NCBI GenBank assembly: GCA_002419135.1
Contig: DIFM01000027.1
Location: 1 to 55,446 of the forward strand
From: Dehalococcoidia bacterium UBA5748
Lineage (GTDB): Bacteria > Chloroflexota > Dehalococcoidia > Dehalococcoidales > UBA5627
DNA length: 55,446 nucleotides
Direction of reading: 5' to 3'
Shown here: piece by piece, positions 28,141-37,735 of the stretch
Layout: every line of letters begins with the position of its first letter
Numbering within the stretch: the first letter of the stretch is position 1
The notes under the pieces: model-generated
The model's input: the letters and a program-made list of their open reading frames with translations, nothing else
The model's database searches: none
Told to the model about the DNA's origin: nothing
Made by a program: the position numbers and the translations under genes

Positions 28141-28353
28141 AGCAGCATCCCCTTTCTACAGCGCTTATCAGTAACAGCTATAAACAGTCAAGTTATATTA
28201 TGTCTAAAATAATTGCAATAGCGCCTAAAACTCATATATGGAAAATTGACGCTACGGCTTGTGATAATTATAATTCGTCATTAAATAAAACACAAACGTA
28301 TTTTACATTTGCGGCGCATTAACACCGACTCATATAAAATGTTATAATTAGAG

Positions 28354-28809
28354 ATGACAATTAAAACGATAGCTAGCAATCGCAAAGCCTATCACGATTA
28401 TCATATTCTGGATAAATATGAAGCAGGGCTGGTGCTTACCGGAACCGAAATCAAGTCAATCCGTTCGGGGAGGGTTAATCTGGGTCAGGCTTTCGTTAAG
28501 CCGGAAGGCGGTGAGATATGGCTGATAAATGCTCATATCGCCCGCTACGAAGCCGGCAGTTATATGAGTCATGAGCCGACACGTACCAGAAAGCTGCTTT
28601 TGAATCGCAAGGAAATCAGAACTCTTATCAGTAAAACAAGCGAAAAGGGTTCGACGCTGGTACCGCTGAGATTATACATTAAAGGTCATGTAGCTAAAGT
28701 GGAGATAGCGCTGGCAAAAGGTAAAAAGCAATACGATAAACGCCAGACAATTATACAGCGCGATGCCGAAAGAGAAATGGACCGCACCATCAAAAGCCGG
28801 AGAAGATAA
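28354..28809 (+). CDS. smpB: SsrA-binding protein SmpB
   Basis: IASNRKAYHDYHI N-terminus, 151 aa, directly upstream of tmRNA. Confidence 0.93.
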   Translation: MTIKTIASNRKAYHDYHILDKYEAGLVLTGTEIKSIRSGRVNLGQAFVKPEGGEIWLINAHIARYEAGSYMSHEPTRTRKLLLNRKEIRTLISKTSEKGSTLVPLRLYIKGHVAKVEIALAKGKKQYDKRQTIIQRDAEREMDRTIKSRRR

Positions 28810-28830
28810 ATATCTTTAACAATTGAATAT

Positions 28831-29185
28831 GGGGACGCAAGGTTTCGACAGTAAAAGTTAGTTACTGGATTGCAGGTTGAGGTTGTCGCAGCCCTCATTA
28901 AAAAGGCGGCAAAAACATAAATGGCGAACCTGAAATGGTTCTCGCTGGCTAAAAACAGCTAGCGCATCCAACCTTACCCCACCCCGGTGGGTAGGGATTG
29001 GGTGTCGAAATGTCGGGGTGCCGTTATCCGAATGCCGATACGGATAGCGAAAGACTTATCGGCTGGCTTGATTGAACTGAGTTGGCAGAGGTCAATCGGG
29101 CAAGATTAAAATGCCGACTAAACCTGTAGCATATTCAGGGCAGCTTTTATTGGACGGGGAGTTCGATTCTCCCCCGTCTCCACCA
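28831..29185 (+). ncRNA. ssrA: tmRNA (SsrA)
   Basis: The 5' GGGGACGCAAGGTTTCGAC pairs with the 3' tRNA-like end GGACGGGGAGTTCGATTCTCCCCCGTCTCCACCA. The internal tag ORF GGC GAA CCT GAA ATG GTT CTC GCT GGC TAA (28923-28952) encodes GEPEMVLAG. Confidence 0.9.
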
Positions 29186-29271
29186 AAAAGCAAATTATTA
29201 TTTAAGGTAATAGACATAAGCATTATTCAACTTTTGCATAAAGAATCTCCCGGTCGTTAATAGGAAGTTAA

Positions 29272-29508
29272 ATGCGGCGTAAAATTCTATTCGGAATGAT
29301 TGGCGGTGCTGTTTTTCTTATTATCGGTTTTATACTTGGGTTAATCACCGGTATAAATATTGGCGGCAATTATTTTACTGATTTTGAGTTTGGCGGTGTG
29401 CGCGGTTATGAGGCGGCGGGCAAAATCGGAGGCGTATCGGGTGCTGTTTTGGGCACAGCGGTAGGAGTGCTACTGGGAGTTAAACTGGCGGGCAGGTCGG
29501 GGAAATAG
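29272..29508 (+). CDS. Small glycine-rich membrane protein, unknown function
   Basis: 78 aa with two Gly-rich hydrophobic helices. No recognisable family. Confidence 0.4.
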   Translation: MRRKILFGMIGGAVFLIIGFILGLITGINIGGNYFTDFEFGGVRGYEAAGKIGGVSGAVLGTAVGVLLGVKLAGRSGK

Positions 29509-29642
29509 ATTAGATGTCATACATGATGCCGGTCAACAAATAGAGGTTTTCCCTGACTATACATGAACGGATTGTAAGGTTAGCTCATTGAAATCTATTA
29601 GTTTTTGATACAGAAATAAATAAGTAATTTGGGACAGCATAA

Positions 29643-30377
29643 ATGACAGATGATATAAGCCGTGAGGGGCACAGAAAAAGGCTGCGTGAGAGATTCATAG
29701 AATCCGGTCTTACAGGTTTTGCCGATTACGAAATCATCGAGTTGCTGCTTACTCTCGGCTCTCCCCGGAAAGACTGCAAACAGCAGGCGAAGGAAGCCGT
29801 AAAAAAGTTCAAGACGCTGAGGGGTGTACTGGAAGCCCCGCCCGAAGAGTTGCAACAGATTAAGGGCATCGGTCCTCATAATTCATTCGGCATCTCACTG
29901 ATACATGAAGTCGCCAAAGAATACCGCAAGGATAGCATCATCGAAAAACAGGCGGTGTCTTCCTCGCAGGAAGTATTCGATTACCTCTATCATTCGATGA
30001 GAGGTTTGAAGAAAGAAATCTTTAAAGTGCTGTATCTGAATAGCCAGAATCAGATAATAGAAATCGAGGATTTGTTTCAGGGTACGGTCGACAGCAGCGC
30101 GGTGCACATCCGCGAGGTAATCGAAAGCGCTATTAAACATAAAGCGGTCTCCCTTATATTTTCCCATAATCACCCATCCGGAAATCCAACCCCCAGTCAA
30201 AGCGATAAGGATTTGACGCGCGACCTGATTATGGCAGCCGAGACAGTCGGTATAAAGGTTCTGGACCATATTGTAATCGGGGATAACAAGTATTATAGTT
30301 TTACAGGTGAGGGTTTAATCGACCGTTACGAAACGGATTTTCTGGGGATAAAAGCAAGAAATCGCATCCAGCGGTAG
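29643..30377 (+). CDS. radC: RadC-family JAB/MPN domain protein
   Basis: HhH region (ELQQIKGIGP) and the JAMM motif (FSHNHPSGNPTPSQSD). Confidence 0.88.
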   Translation: MTDDISREGHRKRLRERFIESGLTGFADYEIIELLLTLGSPRKDCKQQAKEAVKKFKTLRGVLEAPPEELQQIKGIGPHNSFGISLIHEVAKEYRKDSIIEKQAVSSSQEVFDYLYHSMRGLKKEIFKVLYLNSQNQIIEIEDLFQGTVDSSAVHIREVIESAIKHKAVSLIFSHNHPSGNPTPSQSDKDLTRDLIMAAETVGIKVLDHIVIGDNKYYSFTGEGLIDRYETDFLGIKARNRIQR

Positions 30378-30427
30378 ATATTTTTTATTGCTGAGATTCA
30401 GTTTCGGTTAACCTCACAGAGGATGAT

Positions 30428-30811
30428 ATGAACAAAATCTTTGCTATGGTTACTTGTATTCTTATAGTCTCTATTATGGCAGCGGGTTGTAGCGGAGGCA
30501 GCGTGAAAACATACAGCGATGTCGGCGACACGATAGAAGCAGCGGTAAACGGCGAGTTCGTTATCTCTCTTGATTCCAATCCGACCACCGGTTACTCGTG
30601 GAAGGCGTCTTATGAAGAGTCGGAGTTCGAGCTGATATCCGATGAATACGAACAGTATGAAACAGAACAAATGATGACCGGCGTGGGAGGAACACAGTAT
30701 TTACGTTTTAAAGCCTTAAAAGCCGGTAATTTCGAGATTACACTGGATTATCAGAGGTCATGGGAAGGCGAGCCGGCGGAACGTATGGTCTTCAGCGTCG
30801 AGGTTAAATAA
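30428..30811 (+). CDS. Chagasin-like peptidase inhibitor (I42 family) lipoprotein
   Basis: Lipobox (MAAGCSG) and the NPTTGYSW signature of inhibitor family I42. Confidence 0.75.
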   Translation: MNKIFAMVTCILIVSIMAAGCSGGSVKTYSDVGDTIEAAVNGEFVISLDSNPTTGYSWKASYEESEFELISDEYEQYETEQMMTGVGGTQYLRFKALKAGNFEITLDYQRSWEGEPAERMVFSVEVK

Positions 30812-31310
30812 TCGTCCCTTCAATCTCCAGCAGTTTTCTTTTTAAATCGAGTCCGCCGCTAAAACCGGTAATCTTGCCTGTACTGCCGATTACCCGGTGG
30901 CAGGGAACAATCAGCGGCAGCGGGTTTTTACCCAGCGCCTGCCCTACCGCTCGCGCCGCAAACGGTTTGCCAATCTTGTCAGCTAACCATTGATAGCTTC
31001 TTGTTTCACCATAGGAAATCGTTCTCGCCGCTTCCCAGACATCCTTTTGAAAAGCTGTGCACGATGAAAGATCCAACCGGTCGTCAAAATCTGCCCTCTT
31101 TCCGTCGAAGTAATCCTTAAAGCGTCGGGATAAATCCGAGAATTTGCCTGGAGACGGAGAGAACAGGCCGTCGTATTTAGCGATATGAAGCGAATTCAGA
31201 GCGTCTTCCTTGGAAATGCGAGGGAAGGAATTCTCAAGCAGCCCCCCTGGGGAGGCAATTACTGCAATCCATCCTGCGGCGGTTTGAAAGACAGTATAGT
31301 ATAATTCCAT
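30804..31310 (-). CDS. ogt: Methylated-DNA--protein-cysteine methyltransferase
   Basis: Active-site motif IVPCHRVI. 168 aa. Confidence 0.88.
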   Translation of the reverse strand: MELYYTVFQTAAGWIAVIASPGGLLENSFPRISKEDALNSLHIAKYDGLFSPSPGKFSDLSRRFKDYFDGKRADFDDRLDLSSCTAFQKDVWEAARTISYGETRSYQWLADKIGKPFAARAVGQALGKNPLPLIVPCHRVIGSTGKITGFSGGLDLKRKLLEIEGTII

Positions 31311-31400
31311 ATAAAGCCCCTTAATTCGTCTTATTTTAAGCCGTGGCGGCTCTGGTGAATGCCTCGTGGTAAAACCCGGCCTGTGTCCAATAACTATTAT

Positions 31401-32105
31401 TTAACGGATATCTCTTGCCAGTGCCAAACCCCAAACCGAAACGGCTCCGCCCGATTTCAAAGCTTTGGCACAGGCGTCCAAAGTTGCTACTGATGTAGCC
31501 ACATCATCAATCAATAAAACCTTTTTGTCCTGAACGCATTCATTTTTGCATGTAAAGGCGCCGGCAAGATTACTGTGTCTCTCCTGTATTGATTCTGTCA
31601 TAGCCTGTGCAGGGGTATGTCTATGGCGAACCAAGCAGTCTTTCTCCATTTGAACAGCGGTAAGCTTGTTGATTTCTTTAGCCAGTAGTTCAGATTGGTT
31701 GTAGCCGCGTTCCCTCAATCTCTTATGATGCAGTGGAACGGGAATAATAATATCATATGGTAGCGGGTTATCTATAAGAAAATCAGCCATCATCGCAGCA
31801 AGAGGGATAGCTATAGCTCTCAAATTACGATATTTCAACCGGTGCACTGCAGAGCGAATTGTACCTTCAAACCGGAACGGCGAACGGATTCCATCGATGG
31901 CAGGTTCGAAAGTCGGACAGTTTTTGCAGGAAGTGTCAAGGGGCTTGTTAACACCGCAAAACGGACATACAGGCGGTGTTATCCATGCCAATCGCTTATG
32001 GCAATTATCGCAAATCAGGTTGCCCTCTTTACTGCATTCTATACAGCGCAGGGGGAATAACAAGTCCAGCGCTGTCTTTTTTAATCCATCCAAAACAGGC
32101 AGCAT
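31401..32105 (-). CDS. ComF-family phosphoribosyltransferase-like protein
   Basis: N-terminal double zinc ribbon (CIECSKEG..CDNCH..CPFCG) and a PRTase motif (VLLIDDVATS). Confidence 0.8.
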   Translation of the reverse strand: MLPVLDGLKKTALDLLFPLRCIECSKEGNLICDNCHKRLAWITPPVCPFCGVNKPLDTSCKNCPTFEPAIDGIRSPFRFEGTIRSAVHRLKYRNLRAIAIPLAAMMADFLIDNPLPYDIIIPVPLHHKRLRERGYNQSELLAKEINKLTAVQMEKDCLVRHRHTPAQAMTESIQERHSNLAGAFTCKNECVQDKKVLLIDDVATSVATLDACAKALKSGGAVSVWGLALARDIR

Positions 32106-32151
32106 TTATATACCCTGTATTATATTATTTTGTAGTTCGAGTGTACGGTAA

Positions 32152-32409
32152 TTATTGATTCTGCCGGGAACGACCGCCCACCCCATTCATTATAGGTTCG
32201 TTGATATATATATCGCCGTTCCTGATTTTAAGGTTGTAGCCGCAATCGGGATTGGTACAAACCCATGCTTTATAGAGAATAGATGCCCCCTGGCTCCCGA
32301 AATCGGAAAGGGGTACCAGATTTCCGCTGGCGCATTTTTGGCATTTTGGAAAATTAACCTGTTCCACGAAGTCCACCTCCCGGCCGAAATTATTGCTTAG
32401 AGTATACAT
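32152..32409 (-). CDS. Small zinc-ribbon protein, unknown function
   Basis: 85 aa with a CQKC...CTNPDC four-Cys pattern. Confidence 0.4.
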   Translation of the reverse strand: MYTLSNNFGREVDFVEQVNFPKCQKCASGNLVPLSDFGSQGASILYKAWVCTNPDCGYNLKIRNGDIYINEPIMNGVGGRSRQNQ

Positions 32410-32443
32410 CAGATGTTAATTTGTTTACAAGGCTAAAAGTAAT

Positions 32444-33043
32444 TTACCGAGTGATATCGGTATTAGAAAAGGCTGCGTAAGCCAGCCCGGAATAAACGGC
32501 ACCTTGCGGCGTCAGTACGCTTTTTATAAGGCTCAGTCCGGTAGCTTTAATCGGACAGTTTATTTCTGCATTGCTTGAGCTGATAAAATCTCCGAATGTC
32601 TTACGTTCCTCAGGCAATGCTTCATCACCGACACGCGCCAGCGTCAGATGGGGTTTAAACCCTCTTTTTTCGGGCGGGAAGCCGATTTTCGCCATGCTGT
32701 CTTCAAGCTGTTTATAAAGCCTGTCCAGCATATCAATCCGTCCGTCCAGCCCCACCCAGACCACCTGCACACGCTCGGAGTTGGGAAATAATCCCAACTG
32801 TCCGATAGATAACTGGAAAGGTTCAATACCATTGACAGCCTCTGTCATAGCCTGTTCAATACTGTCTATCGCTGTTATTTCGATATCGCCGAGAAATTTC
32901 AAAGTCAGGTGTATGCTGTCGGGTGAAACCCATTTAATGCGGGGCTTTTCCACTTTTAATTTTGCTTGTAATCTTCCGAGTTCCGCTTTCAGGTCTTGCG
33001 GCAATTCTATGGCGATAAATGAGCGGATTCTTTCCATTATCAA
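32444..33043 (-). CDS. thpR: RNA 2',3'-cyclic phosphodiesterase (2H family, ThpR/LigT)
   Basis: Two HxTx motifs (HLTLKF and HLTLAR) with the expected spacing. Confidence 0.85.
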   Translation of the reverse strand: MIMERIRSFIAIELPQDLKAELGRLQAKLKVEKPRIKWVSPDSIHLTLKFLGDIEITAIDSIEQAMTEAVNGIEPFQLSIGQLGLFPNSERVQVVWVGLDGRIDMLDRLYKQLEDSMAKIGFPPEKRGFKPHLTLARVGDEALPEERKTFGDFISSSNAEINCPIKATGLSLIKSVLTPQGAVYSGLAYAAFSNTDITR

Positions 33044-33882
33044 GCAATCCCCAATAACCTGCGGGCGTTTTCTCCCAGTATCTTCATCTTGGTAATATCA
33101 GGTAAATCCTGCAACAGTATCTCTTTTATAATGCGTGACTGTTCTATTAAGGGGTAGTCGCTTCCGAAGAGAATCCTGTCTTCCCCGACAAGCGAAGTAA
33201 CCTGCTTATATATCAGCGGCTTATATAGGAAAGGTGAAGCTGCCGAGTCAAAATAGACGTTCTCAAGTACTTTTTCCACCTCCGGCATCAACGCGTAAAA
33301 CGGCAATCCTCCGCCCCAGTGGGCGCAAACAACAGTCAATTCCGGGTGGTTGTAAATAAAGGAATAAAGCATCTGAGGTGTTACGGTACCTTTCCCAGGA
33401 TATTGATGACCTACCGGCTCGGAGCTGTGCGTCAACAGTATCATTTTATTTTTTATAAGTACATCTACAAACGACTGCATAAAATCCCTATCATCAATTG
33501 GCAGCATCTGGATATCGGGTCTTAGTTCCCCAATTCCTATAGCGCCTCCGGCGGCACATCTTTCGATTTCTTTTACAGCGTCATCCATAGACAAGGGCTG
33601 GACACTGCAAAAAGCGGCCAGCCTGTCGGGATATTTTTTTATTGCTTCAAGAAGGTAGTCGTTGGTCTTGACACACAGTTCCTGGCTTGTCCAGCCGATA
33701 TTCTGCACCACCGAGATATCAACCCTGGAGGCATCCATGCTTACGATAAGTTCTTCGGCGGTAATCAGTTTTGCCTTCGGGTTTTCGTAAAGAGCGGCAA
33801 AACAGGGGTCGCAGTCCACATAACGCCGGCGGTTCTCTATTACCTGTGGAGGAAATATATGCGTATGAAAATCGATAATCAT
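33040..33882 (-). CDS. Amidohydrolase-family metal-dependent hydrolase (TIM barrel)
   Basis: N-terminal IIDFHTHIF metal-binding motif. 280 aa. It overlaps thpR by 4 nt. Confidence 0.7.
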   Translation of the reverse strand: MIIDFHTHIFPPQVIENRRRYVDCDPCFAALYENPKAKLITAEELIVSMDASRVDISVVQNIGWTSQELCVKTNDYLLEAIKKYPDRLAAFCSVQPLSMDDAVKEIERCAAGGAIGIGELRPDIQMLPIDDRDFMQSFVDVLIKNKMILLTHSSEPVGHQYPGKGTVTPQMLYSFIYNHPELTVVCAHWGGGLPFYALMPEVEKVLENVYFDSAASPFLYKPLIYKQVTSLVGEDRILFGSDYPLIEQSRIIKEILLQDLPDITKMKILGENARRLLGIA

Positions 33883-33951
33883 AATTGAGATGATAATAAC
33901 AGAACGGGGATTGAATCACAATCCCCGTTTCTAAATCTTTTTCAGGATTTT

Positions 33952-35178
33952 TTAAGCCTGTCTTAACATTCGTATTATTTCGCCAAGTTTAGGTGTTTTG
34001 CCATACATTAAAAGGAAGGTGCGGAATATCTTGCCGGCTAAAAATATCGAGCCGATTATTGTCAGAATCATCAAAGCCATACTGGTTATGAGTTGCCAGG
34101 TCGGGATGTCGGTTATACCCATACGCATTATTACTGTTAGCGGAGCAGTCAGGGGAAAGATAGTAAAGAACTGAGATAACCCGCTATCCGGAAATTCCAT
34201 GATGTGAGCTATAAAGAAAAACGGTACTACTGCCAGAAGAGTAAATACGGTCGAAAGCTGTTGGCTTTCACGGGCGGTTGCTCCGATTGAACCTGCTCCT
34301 GCCATAATGATGGCAAAGAGTAAATATCCAAGTATAAAATAAATAAGGCTGACAATCAGAAAATCGGTTGATATGGTAAGCCCGCTCAGTAACCCTCCGA
34401 TGGAAGTGGAAGCCATATCGGCAATAAACCTGGCGGAAATCAGCCATACCACAATTTGAATAAGTCCGGCAATTCCCAAGCCGAGCACCTTACCGGTAAT
34501 AAGCTGGGTAGATGAAACCGAAGAAAGCAGGATCTCCATAACGCGGTTTTCCTTCTCTTCTCCCAGTCCCTGTAACAGGAAACCCGATGATGTAAATATA
34601 GCCATAATCAGCAATATGCTGAAAATATACGGGACGATAAAAGAAGTAAATCCTCCCTGGTTTTCGGCAATTTGTCCGTTGCTGTCAAGAGTTATGCTGT
34701 TCAGTGAAAGCGGATACACCACCCGTTGTATTGTAACATCGGCTACCTTCCCTGCCAGAAGATTATTAACAAGAAATTCAGTCATAGCAGACGCCACTTC
34801 ACCGGAGATACCCAACTCTCTCTCGAGGGTGTATCTGACGATAACACCGCCGGACAGATAATCCTCGGGGATAACAAAATACTGCTGGATTTCCTCGCCC
34901 TTCATAGCATTAAAGGCGGTGGTTTCGTCCGGCTGTGAAATCAAGGTAACATTGTAATAGCTGGTATAATCGTTGAAAAGTCCGGTTTCATCAACGTATC
35001 CGACTGCTATCTTTTCTGCGACGGGAGGCGTTTCTCCTGTTCCCTGGAATATCTGGTATGCCCCGATGGCCAGTATACCCAACAGCGGGAAAGCAATCGT
35101 CATAAGAATAAAGGATTTTCTTCTAATCGTTGTTAAGAATTCATGCTTGAGTATGGTGGATATCTTATTCATTGCCAT
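33952..35178 (-). CDS. ABC-2 type transporter permease
   Basis: An N-terminal helix, a large extracytoplasmic loop, then five C-terminal helices. It overlaps the upstream ATPase gene. Confidence 0.75.
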   Translation of the reverse strand: MAMNKISTILKHEFLTTIRRKSFILMTIAFPLLGILAIGAYQIFQGTGETPPVAEKIAVGYVDETGLFNDYTSYYNVTLISQPDETTAFNAMKGEEIQQYFVIPEDYLSGGVIVRYTLERELGISGEVASAMTEFLVNNLLAGKVADVTIQRVVYPLSLNSITLDSNGQIAENQGGFTSFIVPYIFSILLIMAIFTSSGFLLQGLGEEKENRVMEILLSSVSSTQLITGKVLGLGIAGLIQIVVWLISARFIADMASTSIGGLLSGLTISTDFLIVSLIYFILGYLLFAIIMAGAGSIGATARESQQLSTVFTLLAVVPFFFIAHIMEFPDSGLSQFFTIFPLTAPLTVIMRMGITDIPTWQLITSMALMILTIIGSIFLAGKIFRTFLLMYGKTPKLGEIIRMLRQA

Positions 35179-36085
35179 CTCCGCTTACTCCGGCAATGCG
35201 GATAAAGATTTCGTGCAGGCTGGGAGTGCCGATTTCGAAGCGGTTTACCGTTACTCGTTTATCTATTAACTGCTGCAGAATATCCTGCGGGGTGGTGTTG
35301 CTATCCAGAATGAATTCGGTATAGCCGTCCTTTTGGCGGCTGTCGGTTACCCCTTTTAAGCTTCCTATATCGCCTTCATAAGTTATAAAGACCGAATTGT
35401 CGCGGTATTTATGTTTGATATCATTCAGGTTTCCATAAAGAACTTCAGTCCCCTTGTTAATCATAAAAAGACGGTCGCAGAGCTCTTCGACCTGATTCAT
35501 TTGATGCGTACTGAAAATAATCGATTCCCCCTGTTCTTTCAGCTCCAATATCAAGCCTTTTAAAAGCTCTGTGTTGACCGGGTCGAGGCCTGAGAAGGGC
35601 TCATCCAGTATTACCAGGGCAGGATTATGAATAACAGTTACCAGAAACTGGATAAGCTGCCCCATACCGCGGCTCATTTCCTCGATTTTCTTATTCTTGT
35701 GCGGCAGCATTCCGACGTGCTTAAGCATTTCTTCTATGCGTTCATCTGTTACCGAGACGCCTTTCAGTGTTGCCATATATCTTAAGCTTTCCATAACGGT
35801 TTGTTTTTTATACAAACCTCTTTCCTCGGGCAGATAGCCGATTTTGTTCTTGGTTCCCTCACGGAATTTTTCACCCAGAACATAAACCTCGCCGGAATCA
35901 GGTTTGATAATATCCATCATCATACGGATGGTAGTGGTTTTCCCGGCTCCGTTGGGACCTATAAGCCCGAAGATTTCGCCTTTTTCCACTGTAAATGAAA
36001 CGTCCGATACCACCGCTTTTTTGCCGTAGGTTTTGTAGATGTTTTTTACATCTACAGCTATATTTGACATATGGCTGTTATTCAT
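35165..36085 (-). CDS. ABC transporter ATP-binding protein
   Basis: Walker A GPNGAGKTT, Walker B LVILDEPFSGLD, and a degenerate signature MSRGMGQ. Confidence 0.88.
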   Translation of the reverse strand: MNNSHMSNIAVDVKNIYKTYGKKAVVSDVSFTVEKGEIFGLIGPNGAGKTTTIRMMMDIIKPDSGEVYVLGEKFREGTKNKIGYLPEERGLYKKQTVMESLRYMATLKGVSVTDERIEEMLKHVGMLPHKNKKIEEMSRGMGQLIQFLVTVIHNPALVILDEPFSGLDPVNTELLKGLILELKEQGESIIFSTHQMNQVEELCDRLFMINKGTEVLYGNLNDIKHKYRDNSVFITYEGDIGSLKGVTDSRQKDGYTEFILDSNTTPQDILQQLIDKRVTVNRFEIGTPSLHEIFIRIAGVSGDGNE

Positions 36086-36113
36086 AGCTGGTTGCTTTTA
36101 TTATAGCTTTAAA

Positions 36114-36779
36114 TTATTCTCCCTGATCGGCTCCGGTTTTTGCAGATTCTTCAGCTTCAGTTTCTTCGGTTGCTTCCGCTACTTCAGCGGCAGGAGCTGC
36201 AGTCTCTTCTTCCGCTATCGCCTTAATTCTGGTGATTTTAACAACTATCTGTTCAGGGTCGGCTGTAGTCGTAACTCCATCATCGAGGATAATATCCTTT
36301 ACAAAAATAGCGTCTCCCGCTTCTGCCAGATTACTGATATCAATTTCTATGTGAGGCGGCATTTCTTCGGGGAACGCTTCGATTTCAATATTATTCATTA
36401 CATGTTCCAGCATGTTGATTTTCGACTTAACAGCGGGTGAATCTCCGGTAAGATAGATTGGGATATCGGCAGACATCTTTTCTGTTTTATCTACCAGGTA
36501 GAAATCGACATGAATTAACTGCCCGTTAATGGCATCGCGCTGAATTTCACGGATAAAAACACTGCGGGGTTTCTTTTCCTTTTCAATCTCAAGCTCAATC
36601 AGCCGCGTAGCACCTTCGCGGAAAATAAGTTTTTTAAGTTCACTGTTATCGCATTGCAATGCGAGGGATTCAATTCCGTTTCCGAAGACGTGAATCGGCG
36701 TAATTCCCTGTCTGCGAAGAGATTTCGTGCTTTTGCCGAAAACCGTTCTTTTGGATGCCTTCAATTTTATATTACCCAT
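36114..36779 (-). CDS. rplY: 50S ribosomal protein L25 / general stress protein Ctc
   Basis: N-terminal L25 fold motif (RRQGITPIHVFG) and an acidic Ala/Glu-rich C-terminal tail, as in Ctc-type L25. Confidence 0.85.
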   Translation of the reverse strand: MGNIKLKASKRTVFGKSTKSLRRQGITPIHVFGNGIESLALQCDNSELKKLIFREGATRLIELEIEKEKKPRSVFIREIQRDAINGQLIHVDFYLVDKTEKMSADIPIYLTGDSPAVKSKINMLEHVMNNIEIEAFPEEMPPHIEIDISNLAEAGDAIFVKDIILDDGVTTTADPEQIVVKITRIKAIAEEETAAPAAEVAEATEETEAEESAKTGADQGE

Positions 36780-36975
36780 TTCTTTCTCCTTTAAATTACT
36801 TCAGGCTATTTATCGGTATCAATTAAAACAGGAAAGGACATAAAAAGCAATCTCTCAGTATAAAAAGCGAATACGTTATGTCAATCTATAGAAAATAATT
36901 GAAAGAAGTTTAATTTATCAGGAAATTCTTTCTGTCTGCAGTTTGCAGGATTAAAGTTTTGGATAGAAGGGCCTA

Positions 36976-37383
36976 TCAGATAAGCCGCCAGTCCTTATAA
37001 CCCTGTTGGATGATTTGGAGGTACTCGGGTGATGGTTTCGATTCATCTGCCTGAAGCTGCCCTTTTTTGATGTAGGTAACAACTTCTATGCCATCGCCGT
37101 CCTCATTATTAACGACAACCCTGATTCGCTCAAAATTCCCCGGACAATCCTCAGCCCTGTCAAGTTTTCCCCAGTCCGTATCGGGAACATCGTAAATGGC
37201 GCCCGGCACTTTATCACCGGCAGAGCGTTTTACGGTAGCTATTCCGCCGCGCCACTGGCGGGTCCAGCCTGTAAACATCAGCCGGTAATTATGCAGAGTG
37301 GCAATGTATAAAGGTCGGCTCTGCGGAGAAGTTGCCGCCATTCTTTTTTTATTTAAGTTTAAAGCATAAGCAAAATAGTACAT
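36976..37383 (-). CDS. Gamma-glutamylcyclotransferase (AIG2/GGCT-like) family protein
   Basis: YYFAYALNLN N-terminal motif and a 135-aa size. Confidence 0.6.
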   Translation of the reverse strand: MYYFAYALNLNKKRMAATSPQSRPLYIATLHNYRLMFTGWTRQWRGGIATVKRSAGDKVPGAIYDVPDTDWGKLDRAEDCPGNFERIRVVVNNEDGDGIEVVTYIKKGQLQADESKPSPEYLQIIQQGYKDWRLI

Positions 37384-37387
37384 GATA

Positions 37388-37543
37388 CTAACCCAGTGAA
37401 TAAAGAATTATCAGGATTCCCGTAATAATCAGCCACGAAGCCAGAACATAAACGGCTTTTTTGGGCCAGACCATTGCTATTATTCCGAACAGGACAAAAA
37501 TTATTCCGGCTATCATTAAAATCGGCGGTGTAATATCGAACAT
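37388..37543 (-). CDS. 51-aa two-helix membrane protein (DUF3096-like)
   Basis: MFDITPPILMIAGIIFVLFGIIAMVWPKKAVYVLASWLIITGILIILYSLG. It ends 4 nt before the GGCT start and falls below the track cutoff. Confidence 0.4.
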   Translation of the reverse strand: MFDITPPILMIAGIIFVLFGIIAMVWPKKAVYVLASWLIITGILIILYSLG

Positions 37544-37636
37544 GCCCTGTCTCCTATTATCGATTAGTTATAGTACCGGTTATTATAATAGTTTTTCCCC
37601 GTTCTGGCTAGGGGGGCAATAAAATAAAAAAAATTA

Positions 37637-37665
37637 TTGACAATATTTCACGAGGCGTTTATAGT
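37637..37665 (+). promoter_or_regulatory. Near-consensus sigma70-type promoter
   Basis: TTGACA (37637-37642), a 17-nt spacer, then TATAGT (37660-37665), about 70 nt upstream of the 37736 ORF. Confidence 0.45.
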
Positions 37666-37735
37666 GGTGTTGGCATTTTGTTTCTTCTATAAGTTAGACC
37701 TGTTCAGGCGTAATTGATTACGGGATTTGTAGTAG

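Noticed and set aside
26907-28212. 196-aa and 141-aa plus-strand ORFs
   Set aside because: They are antisense to the FxLYD-like paralogues, whose repeat structure, RBSs and mutual conservation support the minus strand.
29186-29640. Genomic island integrated at the 3' end of ssrA, as described for some Dehalococcoides
   Set aside because: I found no direct repeat of the ssrA 3' end and no integrase downstream. The following genes (radC, ogt, comF, thpR) look like core genes.
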